Source: Nemertoderma westbladi (taxonomy: Eukaryota; Animalia; Xenacoelomorpha). Taken from it: 64,000 nt of DNA. The stretch's first letter is position 1. The number at the start of each line of letters is the position of its first letter. A model generated the notes under the pieces. The model saw nothing but the letters and a program-made list of their open reading frames with translations. It did not search any database and was not told where the DNA came from. Where the stretch lies: the NCBI GenBank assembly GCA_032718475.1, contig JAUCBJ010000407.1:44884-108883 (forward strand), given 5' to 3'. A program made the translations under genes and the position numbers. Of this stretch, positions 1-12,460 are shown piece after piece.

Positions 1-1296
1 TGAATATCAGGCAAATATTTAAAATGTGCTCAAATATAAACGCCAGGGGCAGGGGATATTTTAATATCTCTATTAGGCTAAAACAACACAAGATTGTAGC
101 CGTTCTATCTTAATTGAAAGTCGAAAGCCTTTCTTAGTTTTTAAGAAGGAATTCTCGCGCTCTCGTCACCATAATTATCATATTAATTGAACAGTTAAGG
201 TAGTACGGTTTGACCTCACTCAGGTGACTAATGAAATGAATGCCAAAAGTTATTACAAGCTCTCTCCCAACAGAGCTTCTTTAGGTCATCATAATGAAAC
301 TGCGTATACACAGAGAAACTACAGTGCAGTTTTTCTTATATTAATTGTTAATCTGATATTGTATTATGTTATTAAAATAATCAATCTTGTCAAGCATTAA
401 TCTTGTTACACTAATTATGTTTCATGCATTATTTGATTTTTAAGAATGTTTTTTAGAAAGACTTTAGGGCGCCGTAAATTCAATTTGTACTTGCGACCTA
501 AAACCCATCCCGTAATGACCTCAGGAACCTCAATATGATAAATTAATGGGAATAGCTTCTAGGCAACAACTGGCAGGCCCACAAGTATCACTTTGTTGCC
601 AGCATGATATTGTTCCCCGAGAATGGCTCTGCATCTGTTAACTTACCACGACATGTCAATCAGGAATACCTCGGAGTTTATTTTCTCAAAGAATTCAAAG
701 TGCTGCAAACTAACTCAAAGCGACATGTCTCAAAGAATTCAAAGAATTAAAAGTGCCTAAAAACAGAAAATCACTTTGAGATTCCCAACTAAAAGTGTCT
801 ACAAGAATTCAAAGCGGCCGTTGGGAGTAATGTAATGATTTTAGACACTTTTAGAAAAACTTTGAGAAAATCTCAAAGAACAGATGCACTTTGAGACCCC
901 GACTGTATAGTACTGTATAAGTACCGGTAAATACAGCACAATCAGTATACAGTATATAGCACTGCTGATGACTATGACGACGAATGACGATGGTCAAAAT
1001 CATCCCACTTCCATGGTAATTAATAGCCAACTGAACATAATCAATATTGAGTAACGGTTTTATACACATCTTATACATTCTTACCTACTTGTTAACCTAC
1101 CAATTAATAGATACGCGTTAATTGGACACACACTGTCCCTTCATTGGTTGGTTTTCCCTTCGCCACTCCCTATTTCCTCTGGCCCTATGCTAGCTTCCCC
1201 CCTGAGATATGATGTTGGTATCTATCTCCAAGCTGGCATTATATTGCCCTGTTATTATTATATTTATATATATTATTATTATATAATAATTTAGTA

Positions 1297-1620
1297 TTAC
1301 AGTGGCAAGTTTTTCTAACCAAAACAATAAACGAAAGTCAATAGAACAGGTTACAGTTTTATTTTTGTGATAAATGAAAGACTGGAACGTTTTACAAAAT
1401 TAAGGGAAAGGAACAGGTTACAGTGACAAGTTTTTATAAACAAAACAATAAACGAAAGTCAATAGAACAGGTTAAAGTTTTATTTTTGTGATAATTGAAA
1501 GACTGGAACGTTTCACAAAATTAAGGGAAAGGAACACGTTACAGTGACAAGTTTTTAAAACCAAAACAATAAACGAAAGTCAATAGAACAGGTTAGGCCT
1601 ACAGTTTTATTTTTGCGATA
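1297..1620. repeat. ~2.7 tandem copies of a 121-bp unit derived from the internal part of dispersed MITE family A
   Basis: AAAACAATAAACGAAAGTCAATAGAACAGGTTA recurs at 1321, 1442 and 1563; the same core occurs singly near 3040, 16740(rc), 17040(rc), 25170, 56130 and 60700. Confidence 0.85.
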
Positions 1621-1659
1621 ACTTTTTTGCAATATCTTTATTTTCGCTTTCATTCTTTA

Positions 1660-2240
1660 GCTACAAACGTTTGAAAAAAGTGACTCCGGCGAAATTGCAC
1701 CAGTTACACCGCAGTTATTCTTTAACCTTAAGGTGATTTGTTGGTACTAGTGGAAAGCTGGTTGTGCAAGGATTCCAAATATGTAACGCAATCTAAATTT
1801 CGTCGTAAAATAGCTGAGATATGAGCGTTTAAATCTTGCATGGTTTTGCAGATGAGAAAAGCCATTTTATTATATTTAATAAATACACCATTCTGGAACA
1901 TTTTGTTAATGCATAAGTAGCTAGTGCATTAGTAGCTACCTAATAGTATGATAAGAGGTATTGCATTGTTGCCAAACTACGTATGGGATAAACAAAATGT
2001 TCCAGAATATTTTGTATTTATTAAATAGAATAAAATGGACTCGCTCATATGCAAACCCATGCAAGTTTTAAGCGCTCATATCTCAGCTATTTTACGACAA
2101 AATTTAAATGTATTGTGTTACATTGGAATCCTTGCACAGCCAGCTTTCTAATATTACCAACAAATTACTCAAGGGTGAAGAATAACTGCGGTGTAACTGG
2201 TGCAATTTCGCCGGAAACATGTTTTTCAAATGCTTGTAGT
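1660..2240. mobile_element. Foldback/MITE-type element with ~250-bp inverted arms
   Basis: CCGGCGAAATTGCACCAGTTACACCGCAGTTATTCTT (1686) is mirrored at 2178-2214; arms continue inward to ~1905/1995; flanked by TTTA...TAAA. Confidence 0.8.
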
Positions 2241-2939
2241 TAAATAAGGGCATGTACCTGAATAAAGACACTATACTATTTTATTTCTTGTACTTAAACT
2301 TATAAACAATTTAATAATCAATATAAACAAATTAATACTTAAACTTACTTAAATCTAAACTGTAAACTACACTATTACTGTAATAGTGTAGTTTATACAT
2401 TAAGTATTATTCTTGTACGTTTCGATCCCTGCTAAAACATGGAATCGAAACTTAACGTTCTAGCATGCTTCCTTCGGCTCTGTGCTCTACCACATCGATC
2501 TCCCAAGGGGGAGTCGAACGTTAAGCCAATCAGTACGCTGGATGTGGGGATATTTAAAGCCCCTGCACGCGTCAGATCGTCCTTTCTCAGTCAAAATTCC
2601 TGCTTCTTGCACAAAAAGTTTAGGAAACGTTTCGCAAATTATTTTTTTTTAATTTTAATTTGTTCACTATTTCATTATTTAATGTTTGATTATAAAGAAG
2701 TTCCTATTTCTCTCAAAATTCCTTTAACGTTTTCTATCAACTACACTTTACCGAGTTTCTACCTCTATAAACTTCCTTGATGATATCACGGAGTTGCGAG
2801 ACCCTAATGCGACGGGCCCCTTTTTAACGAAAATTTACTCGTCTGTATCGAAGGCTTACTAAACTCTCGAACCTGCTGCTTTTCTCGCCCAGTTCGCCAC
2901 AATCGTACTCGTCCATCTAACATTATGCTAATAATAACT

Positions 2940-3211
2940 GAGACAGGGGGGAAACTTGACGCAAATCCATTCTCGGCGAATTAATTAATATTTAATCTCA
3001 ATATTAAATTGCATTTAACATTTTCAATTTTAGGGAAAGGTACAGGTTACTGTGGCACTTTATTCTAATCAAAACAATAAACGAAACTCAATAGAGAAGG
3101 TTACAATTTAATTTTTAGGAGAATCATATGTTATTTGCGTAGATTTTCTCCTGGAGAGGATGCATTTTGATTGCGACCAATTTCCCACCCCCCCCCCCCC
3201 CCCCTCCCCCC
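2940..3211. mobile_element. MITE family A copy (G/C-run terminal inverted repeats)
   Basis: Begins GAGACAGGGGGGAAACTTGACGCAAAT, ends TTGCGACCAATTTCCCA-C-run; shares the internal GGAAAGGTACAGGTTACTGTGGCAC...AAAACAATAAAC core with other copies. Confidence 0.7.
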
Positions 3212-3551
3212 ATATGTATATGTAATAACAATATAGCATAGCTTGTCTTTGTTTAAGCAAGGGGGGGGGGGGGGCAAAAAGTATCATACTGAACATAGGA
3301 TTATTATTCAAAAGTTAAAATCTAGAGTGAAAAAACTTTTCTCCAAATAATTAATTATTATACAATTTTTACGCCAATATTATTAATAATTCCAAATTGT
3401 TCTTTAAAAGACTACCAAATGTAATGTTATGATGTTTTTTTTTATATTTATCAACCATTTAATAAGTTAAAAATAGTAAAAAAACGACAATTTTGATGTT
3501 ACAATAAATCGAACAACTGTTGGTGGTGTTACAGAAATTTACCATCGGTGT

Positions 3552-4508
3552 TCATATTGGTGCCGGAGATGGTGTCGGTGTTGGAACAGGTTTGTAATCC
3601 TTAACCTTTCGTTCCATAATGTCTCGACACGGTCCCATAATTTTTTCGAAGAGCTCCCTATCGACTTTAACCAACTTTAGAGGCCCATCTGCAATAATGG
3701 TAGCGGCACGAGGTTGGTCAAATAACAAAGACAATTCCCCGAAGTAATCGCTTGGTCCGTACTCTTTGAGAGTCATGGGAGGAGAGGAATCTAATGTTAG
3801 AAGAGCTTTAGCGTGTCCTTCGACCACTATAAAGAATTCATGACCTGCATCACCTTGTTGAACAACCACCTCCTTATCTAAGAATGACACTTCTTTTAAT
3901 GCATCGGCTAATGTCAGCAATTCCCATGGTTCTAGATTCTTCAATATTTCAACTTTTCCGAGTAATCCCTGATAGAGATTCCTTTTTCTCATGGCAGCGC
4001 CCATGAGGAGATATCGATAAGTATCGCGATCAATCGCCCACAAATTTAAATCTGTCACGGCTATGACCGTGGCTGCTCTGGGGGTCCCGTGGATCAGGGC
4101 TAACTCCCCAAAATTCCCTCCAGATGGAATGCTCCCGACTTTGATGTCATTGACAAAGCAATGTACACATCCGCTATGGATAACGTAGAAATTATCACCC
4201 ATATCTCCTTGCTTAATGACTACATCTCCGGCGTCCTTTGTTACGGGAAACATGGCATCAAAGATTTCCGCTCTTTGTGCTTCGTCCAGATGATCAAATA
4301 AAATGTTTGAATCTATGGCTTTTTTCAGGGATACCATTACTGATGCATCTTTTGGTATTATCTTTCTCTTGTAATTGGCGATTTCTGCCTCTGTAAATAC
4401 TTGGGAACTTACGGCTCCACGTCGTAGAAGACTTGGCTTACGTTTATTTATAGAGAAGGACATTCTGTCCGAAAGGACATCTGCTGGTTTCTTTAAGCAA
4501 CCTCCCAT
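3552..4508 (-). CDS. PRKAR1: cAMP-dependent protein kinase regulatory subunit, type I-like, lacking the D/D domain, with an MGGC N-terminus
   Basis: Pseudosubstrate RRGAVS; two cNMP-binding domains with phosphate-binding cassettes FGELALIHGTPRAAT and FGELSLLFDQPRAAT; single 318-aa ORF; in-frame TAA five codons upstream of the ATG. Confidence 0.92.
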   Translation of the reverse strand: MGGCLKKPADVLSDRMSFSINKRKPSLLRRGAVSSQVFTEAEIANYKRKIIPKDASVMVSLKKAIDSNILFDHLDEAQRAEIFDAMFPVTKDAGDVVIKQGDMGDNFYVIHSGCVHCFVNDIKVGSIPSGGNFGELALIHGTPRAATVIAVTDLNLWAIDRDTYRYLLMGAAMRKRNLYQGLLGKVEILKNLEPWELLTLADALKEVSFLDKEVVVQQGDAGHEFFIVVEGHAKALLTLDSSPPMTLKEYGPSDYFGELSLLFDQPRAATIIADGPLKLVKVDRELFEKIMGPCRDIMERKVKDYKPVPTPTPSPAPI

Positions 4509-4850
4509 GTCTTCTAATATTTATACAGTACGATATTTCAAACAGATTACAGCACCAATGCGTTATCTGCAAATTTTTATATTGTTTTAATATATTATTT
4601 TCAGCTCTATCGTATTTTTCAAGGCCTCAACTCAACTATATGTGTAATAATACACATTTAGTTATGCACTAAATTGTGTATTGTAATGTTATGTGTAACT
4701 TTAATATAAATCAATAAATAATAAATATTGCACAAACTACGATATTTATTTGGAATACGAGGTCGGTTATTAGCCTTCATCAATGTTCTGCTATCAGGGG
4801 AGATTATATAGAAATATTTGATGGGTGTGAAATACCAATAAAATATTATT

Positions 4851-4894
4851 TTGCAAGGAGATTCGCTCAGTCCGTTGTTGTTTATTGTTTACAT
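4851..4894 (+). pseudogene. Tiny non-LTR retrotransposon RT fragment
   Basis: Encodes QGDSLSPLLF, a typical LINE RT motif; truncated at the adjacent SINE. Confidence 0.55.
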
Positions 4895-5170
4895 GGTCCC
4901 ACCTTGGTGTAATGGTTGCATTGAATTCACATCTCTCGGAGGTCGCGGGTTCAATCCCCACAGATTTCGTTTCGGCACCAATGTTTTGAAGGGACTAACC
5001 AGTGCGCATATCTGTTTTCTCATTGTATCCTTAACTGGTAGTTAAATGAGTACTGGAGTTTCCTATGGCTATGGGGAGTATAGTTCTGGGGGGACCGCAC
5101 TGGAAATAAGTCGTAAGACTTTGTGCGTAATTCCTGTCCTAACAGCGGAAGAAAATTTACTTTTACTTTA
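4895..5170 (+). mobile_element. tRNA-derived SINE
   Basis: A box TGGTGTAATGG (4905), B box GGTTCAATCC (4948), body TAAATGAGTACTGG...GGACCGCACTGGAAATAAGTC, TTTAC/TTTTAC tail; second copy at ~59900-60096 on the minus strand. Confidence 0.8.
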
Positions 5171-6589
5171 CACATCACTGACATAGTTGGTAAAATGAAA
5201 CTGGCGCAATTGCAATAATTATAATATAATAGGCCTACATTCTAATTTATGCATACACTAAGGAACCTACAGGCAGCTCTAAAAAGCGCTGGCGGATTGG
5301 GCTTCCAAGCCTTCCTTTAATTATTGATGATATAGCATCCTAGTTGAAGCTACCGGAAACACACTCAATACTATTGCTAATAGTTATTATCCCTATTGCT
5401 AACTCTTACAGTACTGTATAACTACGTGGCTATTGCCTTTCAAACAGCTTGAAATTTGCCAAAAACATTACGAATATTACCTGCAAATCAATTATAGCAT
5501 TACACTACACATCCTCATTAAAAAACGTTGGTGACTCTCGCTGGCAACTGCTATGAAACTCTTTAATATCAATATAATATATTGCCAATTGTAACTTTCA
5601 ACATGGACGAAATTTAGAGCCTTTTGAAGATTTCAAAACTTAACTCAATGATATATCGAGTGAAGACGGAAACAGAAGTACATGTACTCAATACTCAATA
5701 TAAAGAAGAGTTCGAAAAAGACAGGATATTCCGCCCGAGTTTTGGGAGAGTCCGGTTTTCACCAACAAAATCACCAAAAAAGTGGATGGATCCAGTTCAA
5801 CAATTACGTCACGTAATTAGTACAACGCCCATCTGGGTGAGACAGCTTGTTATCACGACCCATGTGACATTTGTGTCTGCAGGTTGTGTGGCTAACCTGC
5901 CCAACAACACTAGATCTCTGCCATCGTGGGTCAATCACGATTAATTCCTACTTTAAGCGTTCTTTTAACTGTCGGCCTACATTATTATTATATAAATCAT
6001 TATTGGAATTAATTTTATTTATAATAATACAGTGACTTTTATCTTTAAAAAAATATATAATCAGAAACAAATCAACAACAAAAGACTTATGAAAATTGTT
6101 TCAAAATTTCATTTTTATCACTCTTTGTACTCTAATCTAAAATAAACGAAACAACTACATGTAACTATAAAATTTTTAAATTAACAATTTTTTCAAAAAA
6201 TTTAGTACAAAAAGCAACTTTTTAAATTATCTAGCTAGTCTCATATCCAACTATAGAGTTTTTCAAATGAAATTGGGTGTATTAATTTAAGAAAACACGG
6301 CATTACTACTACACCTTGGGTACCCACTTTATGGCCACATTTTTTCATATGAGAATGACTTTTATCATAAGGTTTTTCGTTCTAGTACAATTATTTGACC
6401 TTCTGGTAGTAAGATGGGAGCTAACTAGTGATTTTGATTTTGTCTTAGCTGGTCTTATACTTTTTATTAGCTAGTGTAAAACGAAAATTTTCTAGTGAAA
6501 GTGGCATTTATCGTGAGGGTTTTTTGTTATAAAAGAAACATTTGAGCTTCTGACATTAAGATGGTAGGCCTATAGCGAGTACTTTTATT

Positions 6590-7118
6590 GGGAACAGTTC
6601 CGTACGTCCCCCCATTTTGCGAGATTTTTTTACTATACCATAATACCATGTTTCTTGAGCGTCGCTACTTAAATATTCTAGAACATTCTAAAAAAAGCAG
6701 AGAAAATGTGTTCCATTATCAATCGCCGTCATTTGTACAGCTTGTGCATGCATTTTAATGAAAAAACTAAGGGAATTGGAAGATTTAGATGCAGAAAAGG
6801 AGAATGTAGAGATAACGAAATTTCAATAACAAAGGGAACATGGTTTGAGGGAGTGAAACTGGCGCCTGAAAAAGTACTTAATATAATATACTGTACTCAT
6901 ACTCTGTCAATGACTCTTACGACTACTGTCGCCGTGAAGCAATAGATATAAATTCAGAGAACCGTATAAAGTTATTTTTATAAAAAATCAAATATTTGTA
7001 TGTAATAAACAAATGCAATAGTACAATATAAAAAATCTATTCCATAACATTAAATGACCGACAATACACGGGCAATTCAAGTCATTTTAAAAATGGGGGG
7101 ACGTACGGAACTCTAGCC
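6590..7118 (+). mobile_element. Internally deleted Merlin (IS1016-like) DNA transposon
   Basis: 29-bp TIRs GG..AGTTCCGTACGTCCCCCCATTTT; 8-bp TSD CTTTTATT (6582/7119); internal ORF 6706-6945 contains FRCRKGEC..SITKGTWFEGVKL..VLNIIY, resembling the Merlin transposase N-terminal region. Confidence 0.85.
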
Positions 7119-8326
7119 CTTTTATTAGCCACAGTAGTAAAAAAATAAAATAATAATTTAATCCTCAATTAAATGTATCTGGAATAATTTCTTAGTCATG
7201 GCTAGTAGCCTAATTTTTAATAGATAGTCGGGAACAGGGGCAATAACATTTACTACCGGTAGCTAGTTTTTTCATACAAAATATAGATATGACCGTCAAA
7301 ATAAGGTTTTTTGGCCTAATTCAGAAATTTACAATATAATATAAGTTTTTTATTTTAACAATGTTTTTAGTACGGGTTGTACAGTATATAACTAACTATC
7401 TCCGTACTACCGTTAAATTTTTTTCCAAAAAAATGTTGTAGAACAAAAATATGTGTTATAGAAAGAACATTAATATATTTATCGTAATTGATTGCAACAT
7501 GTTTTAGAATATTTTGAAAAGGGTAGCAAAAACTAGCTAGTTTAAACATATTAGGTTTTTCAAACAAAATGTTCGAGAACAAAAAGTGTATTCTAGAACA
7601 TTAATAACTGTATTTTTCTTAATTGATGGTAACATTTAAAAAATGTAGCGAAAACTATGTATCTACTGTAGTATAAAAAATCTGTGGTCTATTGGTGCCA
7701 AATTATAATACCGAAAATACAAAAATAAGCTAAAGGCCTATATGAACAGCTAAAGGTTACTTTTAAAGGTTAATCAATAACAAAAAAAACAGACTCTAAA
7801 TCTACTATTATACAGTAGTAGTCCTATATACCGTATTTACTTTTAAGCTTTTTTTTACTATAAAGTTTATAGCGGTGCCGGTATTCAATTATATTTATTT
7901 AAAACCTGATCTAGAACGAGAAATATTTGTTGCATATAAATTAATATTTTCTTAAAAGAACAGTTTAACAAGTATTTTTTAAAACAAAATTTAGAAAAAA
8001 ACAATTATCAGTAACTGTACAGTAATACAAAACATTTGGAGGTGTTTGTGCAGACGCACTGATGTCGCAATAAACACAATGTAGGCCTACAAAAAACACA
8101 AAACAGATTGCACAGGTATATTGATATGATGCTCAGCAGTTTACAGAAATTTGTTCAGCATTCAAACTAACAGCTAGTAAAATTGTATTATATTGTGTTT
8201 AGGAATTCATTGTTTCTAAAGCGACAACTAAACGCGTTTACCAAATTTCCTTACAGTTTGGCTGTATGCGCGCACATACAAATACACAAATAATCTGGAT
8301 ACATAATAATACTATTGTAGTTCCAC

Positions 8327-9378
8327 CAAGGTGTACTAAATAACAGGTCATGCAGCGAGCTAATTGCTGAAATTAGCGGAGGCCGATCGTTTCCCTATTT
8401 ATGGCACGTTTTTCATAATATTTCCTTAGAAACTTCTATTAGGCTTCTTTGGTTAGGTGGATATGATGACTAGGATTCATAGAAATGTAATAAACAGTCT
8501 CTCTGGAATTTTTATCTTGTAGTTGCCAAGGTAACCGGGTGCAAAGTTCAAACTTTGCGTGCCTGTATTTCAAGGCGACAATGGATTCTTCCCTTGAGAT
8601 TTGGTAGGTGAGTAAAGGGAATAAAAGTCTATCAAAATATTTTACATTTGAATTTGTTTACATTCCCGTTGCCATGGAAATAAGTAGAATGAAAAATTTA
8701 AAAATTGTCTACTAATTCTATAAGAGACCATTTTTATTCGGTTTGTCTGTCTAAACAATAAGTTAAAATTGCCAACATTTTATTTTATAATTCGTCAATT
8801 GTGAATCATATTCCAAAAAGTCAATATTTGCAAATAAACTAAACTGTCCAATCAGAGAGCAAGACCTGTAATAGCATGATTTTGACGTTCCAGAATATTA
8901 AATTTCGGTTAGCAAATATTAGAAATAAAGTTCAGCCACCAGGCATGTTTGTTGAAAATTATATAAGTAGTAAATAGTAGCCCAATTTCAATCTGGCGGT
9001 CATAATGGGAAATTATCGTAATTCCCGTCACCATGGAAACGGGATTGAAAAATAAATTAAATGTAAAATAATTTGATAGACTTTTATTCCCTTTACTCAT
9101 ATACCAAATCTCAAGAACAGAATCCCTTGTCGTTTTGAATTACAGACGCTCGAAATTTGAACTTTGCACCCGGTTACCTTGGCCACCAAGATAAAAATTC
9201 CAGAAACAAATTTTATTACATTGCTATGAATCCTAGTCATCATATCCACCTAACCAAAGAAGCACAAAAGAAGTTTCTAATGAAATATTATGAAAAAGTG
9301 CCATAAATAGGGAAACGATCGGCCTCCGCTAATTTCAGCAATCCGCTCGCTGCATGACCTGTTATTTAGTACACCTTG
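8327..9378. mobile_element. Non-autonomous foldback element, P-superfamily-like
   Basis: Termini CAAGGTGTACTAAATAACAGG...CCTGTTATTTAGTACACCTTG; inverted arms of ~360 bp; exact 8-bp TSD AGTTCCAC (8319/9379). Confidence 0.88.
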
Positions 9379-9953
9379 AGTTCCACCATCCGATCTCGAT
9401 ACCTCAGACATGAAAACATTCAAATTGTATTGATTACCGCAAAATTGCGGACAATAAAGACTTTAATGTGCGCATTTATTTGCGGACAATAAATAAAGTA
9501 ATTATCCGATTAATCTTACATAAATGCGGATATTAAATTCTAGATCGATTGATTGGATCGTTGGAAATGATAAATATATTTAGCATTAAAATGTTTAGTT
9601 GTAGGATCCTTTACTCCAGTAGCTACAGTGCAGTAGTTTAATATAATTTTTGGTTTGAATATTCCATTAACGTTCTGGAATATCATCTTCACTTCACAAA
9701 TTATATCTAGTTAGCTACTATTATTTAATTACACAATGGTGCTAAATTTACCTCAAATTTGCGATAAATTTGTTACGTTAAACTTCTAATTGATATGTGA
9801 ATAATTTAAAATTTTAATATTTTCTCATGTAATAAATAATTAATGTATGTAAAATAAATAAAAAATTTAATTTCGTTCTTAAATTGGTACTTTTTTGTTG
9901 TTGCTCAATTATTTAGGCCTAATAAAAGATATAGCGATATACTACAGAACAGT

Positions 9954-11006
9954 CAAGGCGTACTATATACAAGGCCATGCCATCGAGTTAACAGGGGGCG
10001 GTGACTGGGGGCAATATTTTTATATTTTATATATATTATATTTTATACAACAATTTTATATTTTGATATGGGAGGAGTTCTATAAAGTTTCATTTGCTGC
10101 AATTTGACCAATGGACGTAATTGAAGTCTCTTCGTTAAGTAAGATACAAAATTTTATAGATTGATGTAGTGTAGATATAGTGTTTTAGATAGGTTTAGCT
10201 AGTAATTTCGACATTGGTTCCGACATCCTACTTCCCTCTATAAATATTTTGTAGTAGCTAGTTCTTTTTACTATTTGTATAGAAAATGTTCCAGAACATG
10301 TTAGCTATTCATTTTTTAAAAAAATTTTGTTCTAGAACAAATATTTTTTGTTCTAGAACATTTATTAGAAAAAATCTGGATTCTATTTAAAACACATGGA
10401 ATCGTTCAAAAACGTGTTTGAAATCAATAAAAAAAATTGTGAAAAAAAATATTGTGAAATTTTTTTTTTTTTAATTGTGAATTTTTTTTATTGATTTTAA
10501 ACACGTTTTAGAACGTTTCCATGCGTTTTAAATAGAATCCAGATTTTTTTTAAATGTTCTAGAACAAAAAATATTTGTTCTAGAACATAATTATTTTTAA
10601 AAATGAATAGCTAACATGTTCTGGAACATTTTCTATACAAATAGTAAAAAGAACTAGCTACTACAAAATATTTACAGAGGTAAGTAGGATGTCGGAACCT
10701 CGGAACCAGTGTCAAAATTACTAGATAAACATATTTAAAACAGCTACCATAAAATGTTTTATCTTACTTAACGAGGATGCTTCAATTACGTCCATTGACC
10801 AAATTGCAGCAAATGAAAATTTATAGAACTCTCCCCATATCAAAATATAAAATTGTTGTAAAATAAATCTTGCCCCCAGTCACCGCCCCCAGTTAACTCG
10901 ATGGCATGGCCTTGTATATAGTACGCCTTTGACCACAGTACAGTTATCAGCAGCAACGTATCATGGCCTTTACTCGATGGCATGGCCTTGAATATAGTAC
11001 GCCTTG
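9954..11006. mobile_element. Near-perfect ~1-kb palindromic foldback element, P-like CAAGG termini, duplicated right end
   Basis: CAAGGCGTACTATATACAAGGCCATGCCATCGAGT is mirrored at 10895-10931 and again at 10972-11006; flanks AGAACAGT/AGTACAGT (7/8); symmetry centre ~10460. Confidence 0.85.
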
Positions 11007-11031
11007 AGTACAGTACGGTAAGTTAGTGTTA

Positions 11032-11233
11032 AGCCGCGTTCATACTACCGAGTCAACGTCAAAGTCAAAGTCAAAAGAAAATAAATATAGCTAGCTAGCA
11101 ATAATAAATAGTAATACATTATGTAGGCCTAATATAATGTATAATGGCGTTCTAGAAAAAAATAAATTTCTTGTTGTTTTTTTTACATTTTGTCTTTTGA
11201 CTTTGACTTTTACTCAGTAGTGTGAACGCGGCC
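11032..11233. mobile_element. PIF/Harbinger-type (Tourist-like) MITE
   Basis: TIRs RGCCGCGTTCAYACTA, TTA target duplication, subterminal GTCAAA repeats. Confidence 0.75.
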
Positions 11234-11605
11234 TTACAAAATAAATTAAAATGCAGTATTTTACTATATTGCTTCCATAGTTACTACGCGGTTCAAATTT
11301 TTGTACTCTTCAACACTTTGATGCTGCCTTACTGTACTCAATGTTAAATAATTTAGTGTTCTCGAATATTTATTATATGAACATGATATACATAAACCAA
11401 TATTGGATATTGAGTTCCCTTTTAGAGTACGCCTTGCAGACATTAAAGATGCAATAGTTTTTGAGAGTGTAAATGGATTTTGCTCAAATCACTTTTACAA
11501 ACCTTTTCTACTTCAATACTCCTTCAATACATGTCATAAAATTTAAGAAATTCCCCCAAAAATATTTTAATTTACGTTTTTCGCTGGAAAGATTTTCCTC
11601 CCTAA

Positions 11606-11902
11606 AGGCCATGATACACACCACAGGAGCGGCGAGCGGTAGCGGCGGGCGGCCACGGCGAGCGGCCGATGTGAGCGGCGACTTTTAGTATGATACACAC
11701 CACAGGAGCGGCGAGCGGTAGCGGCGGGCGGCCACGGCGAGCGGCCGATGTGAGCGGCGACTTTTAGTATGATACACTATAGGAGCGGCGAGCGGCAGCA
11801 GCCATTTGTGGTGTATCATCACCCATAGAAAATAATCTGTTCTATTTTAAAAAGTGGCCGCTCGCCGAGGCCGCTCGCCGCTCCTGTGGTGTATCCTGGC
11901 CT
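11606..11902. mobile_element. PIF/Harbinger-type MITE with an internal 79-bp tandem duplication
   Basis: TIRs AGGCCA.GATACA..CCACAGGAGCGGCGAGCGG, TAA duplication; 79-bp unit at 11611 and 11690, partial at 11769. Confidence 0.78.
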
Positions 11903-12460
11903 TAAGGAAAGAAGTACTCCCATTTTATCCCGATTTTGGGATTATTCGTATTCGAGCGAAAAAGTAACAATTTAACAATAATAATACTTTCTTTTTGTAC
12001 CAAGAAGAATTTTTTGTACAAAAATAAAGTATTTTTATACAAGTTGCAGCAACTTGTTGCTGGAGTCCTTACACACAGAGTTTCGGAAACAAGTTGCAGC
12101 AACTTGTTGCTGGACTCCTCGACACAGATACAAGTTTCGGAAAGAAGTTGCAGCAACAAGGTTCTGTGTGTGAGGGAGTTCAGCAACAAGTTTCAGAAAC
12201 AAGTTGCTCCGTGTGGAGGGGAGCCTAAAGCCTAGACAGTATCTGAATTCGGTAATGGTAATTATGATGAATTAAGTTTCAGTTTCAGTCATAAGAAAAA
12301 GAGAACCGTCATCGGCTCGCAGGGTACAATGTGGCTGGCTAGGTTTACAGTTTACTGACGCATCTGTCTGCACTTCTGTAGTCCACGCCTAAATACCTAC
12401 CGGTATCTGTTAACCGAATAACTCTCTACTCAGCTATCTGCAGTTGTGCAGTAAGGAAGA

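Noticed and set aside
2363-2395. Perfect 15-bp hairpin TAAACTACACTATTA-CTG-TAATAGTGTAGTTTA as a Helitron end or terminator
   Set aside because: AT-rich, no CTRR terminus at the expected distance, single copy; likely a local template-switch inversion
2414-2922. Possible solo LTR (TG...CA with CCAAT, TATTTAAA and TCAGT motifs)
   Set aside because: No target-site duplication and no second copy in the window
4895-4965. tRNA gene
   Set aside because: A and B boxes are present but there is no convincing cloverleaf; it continues into a body shared with 59900-60096 and a simple-repeat tail, i.e. a SINE
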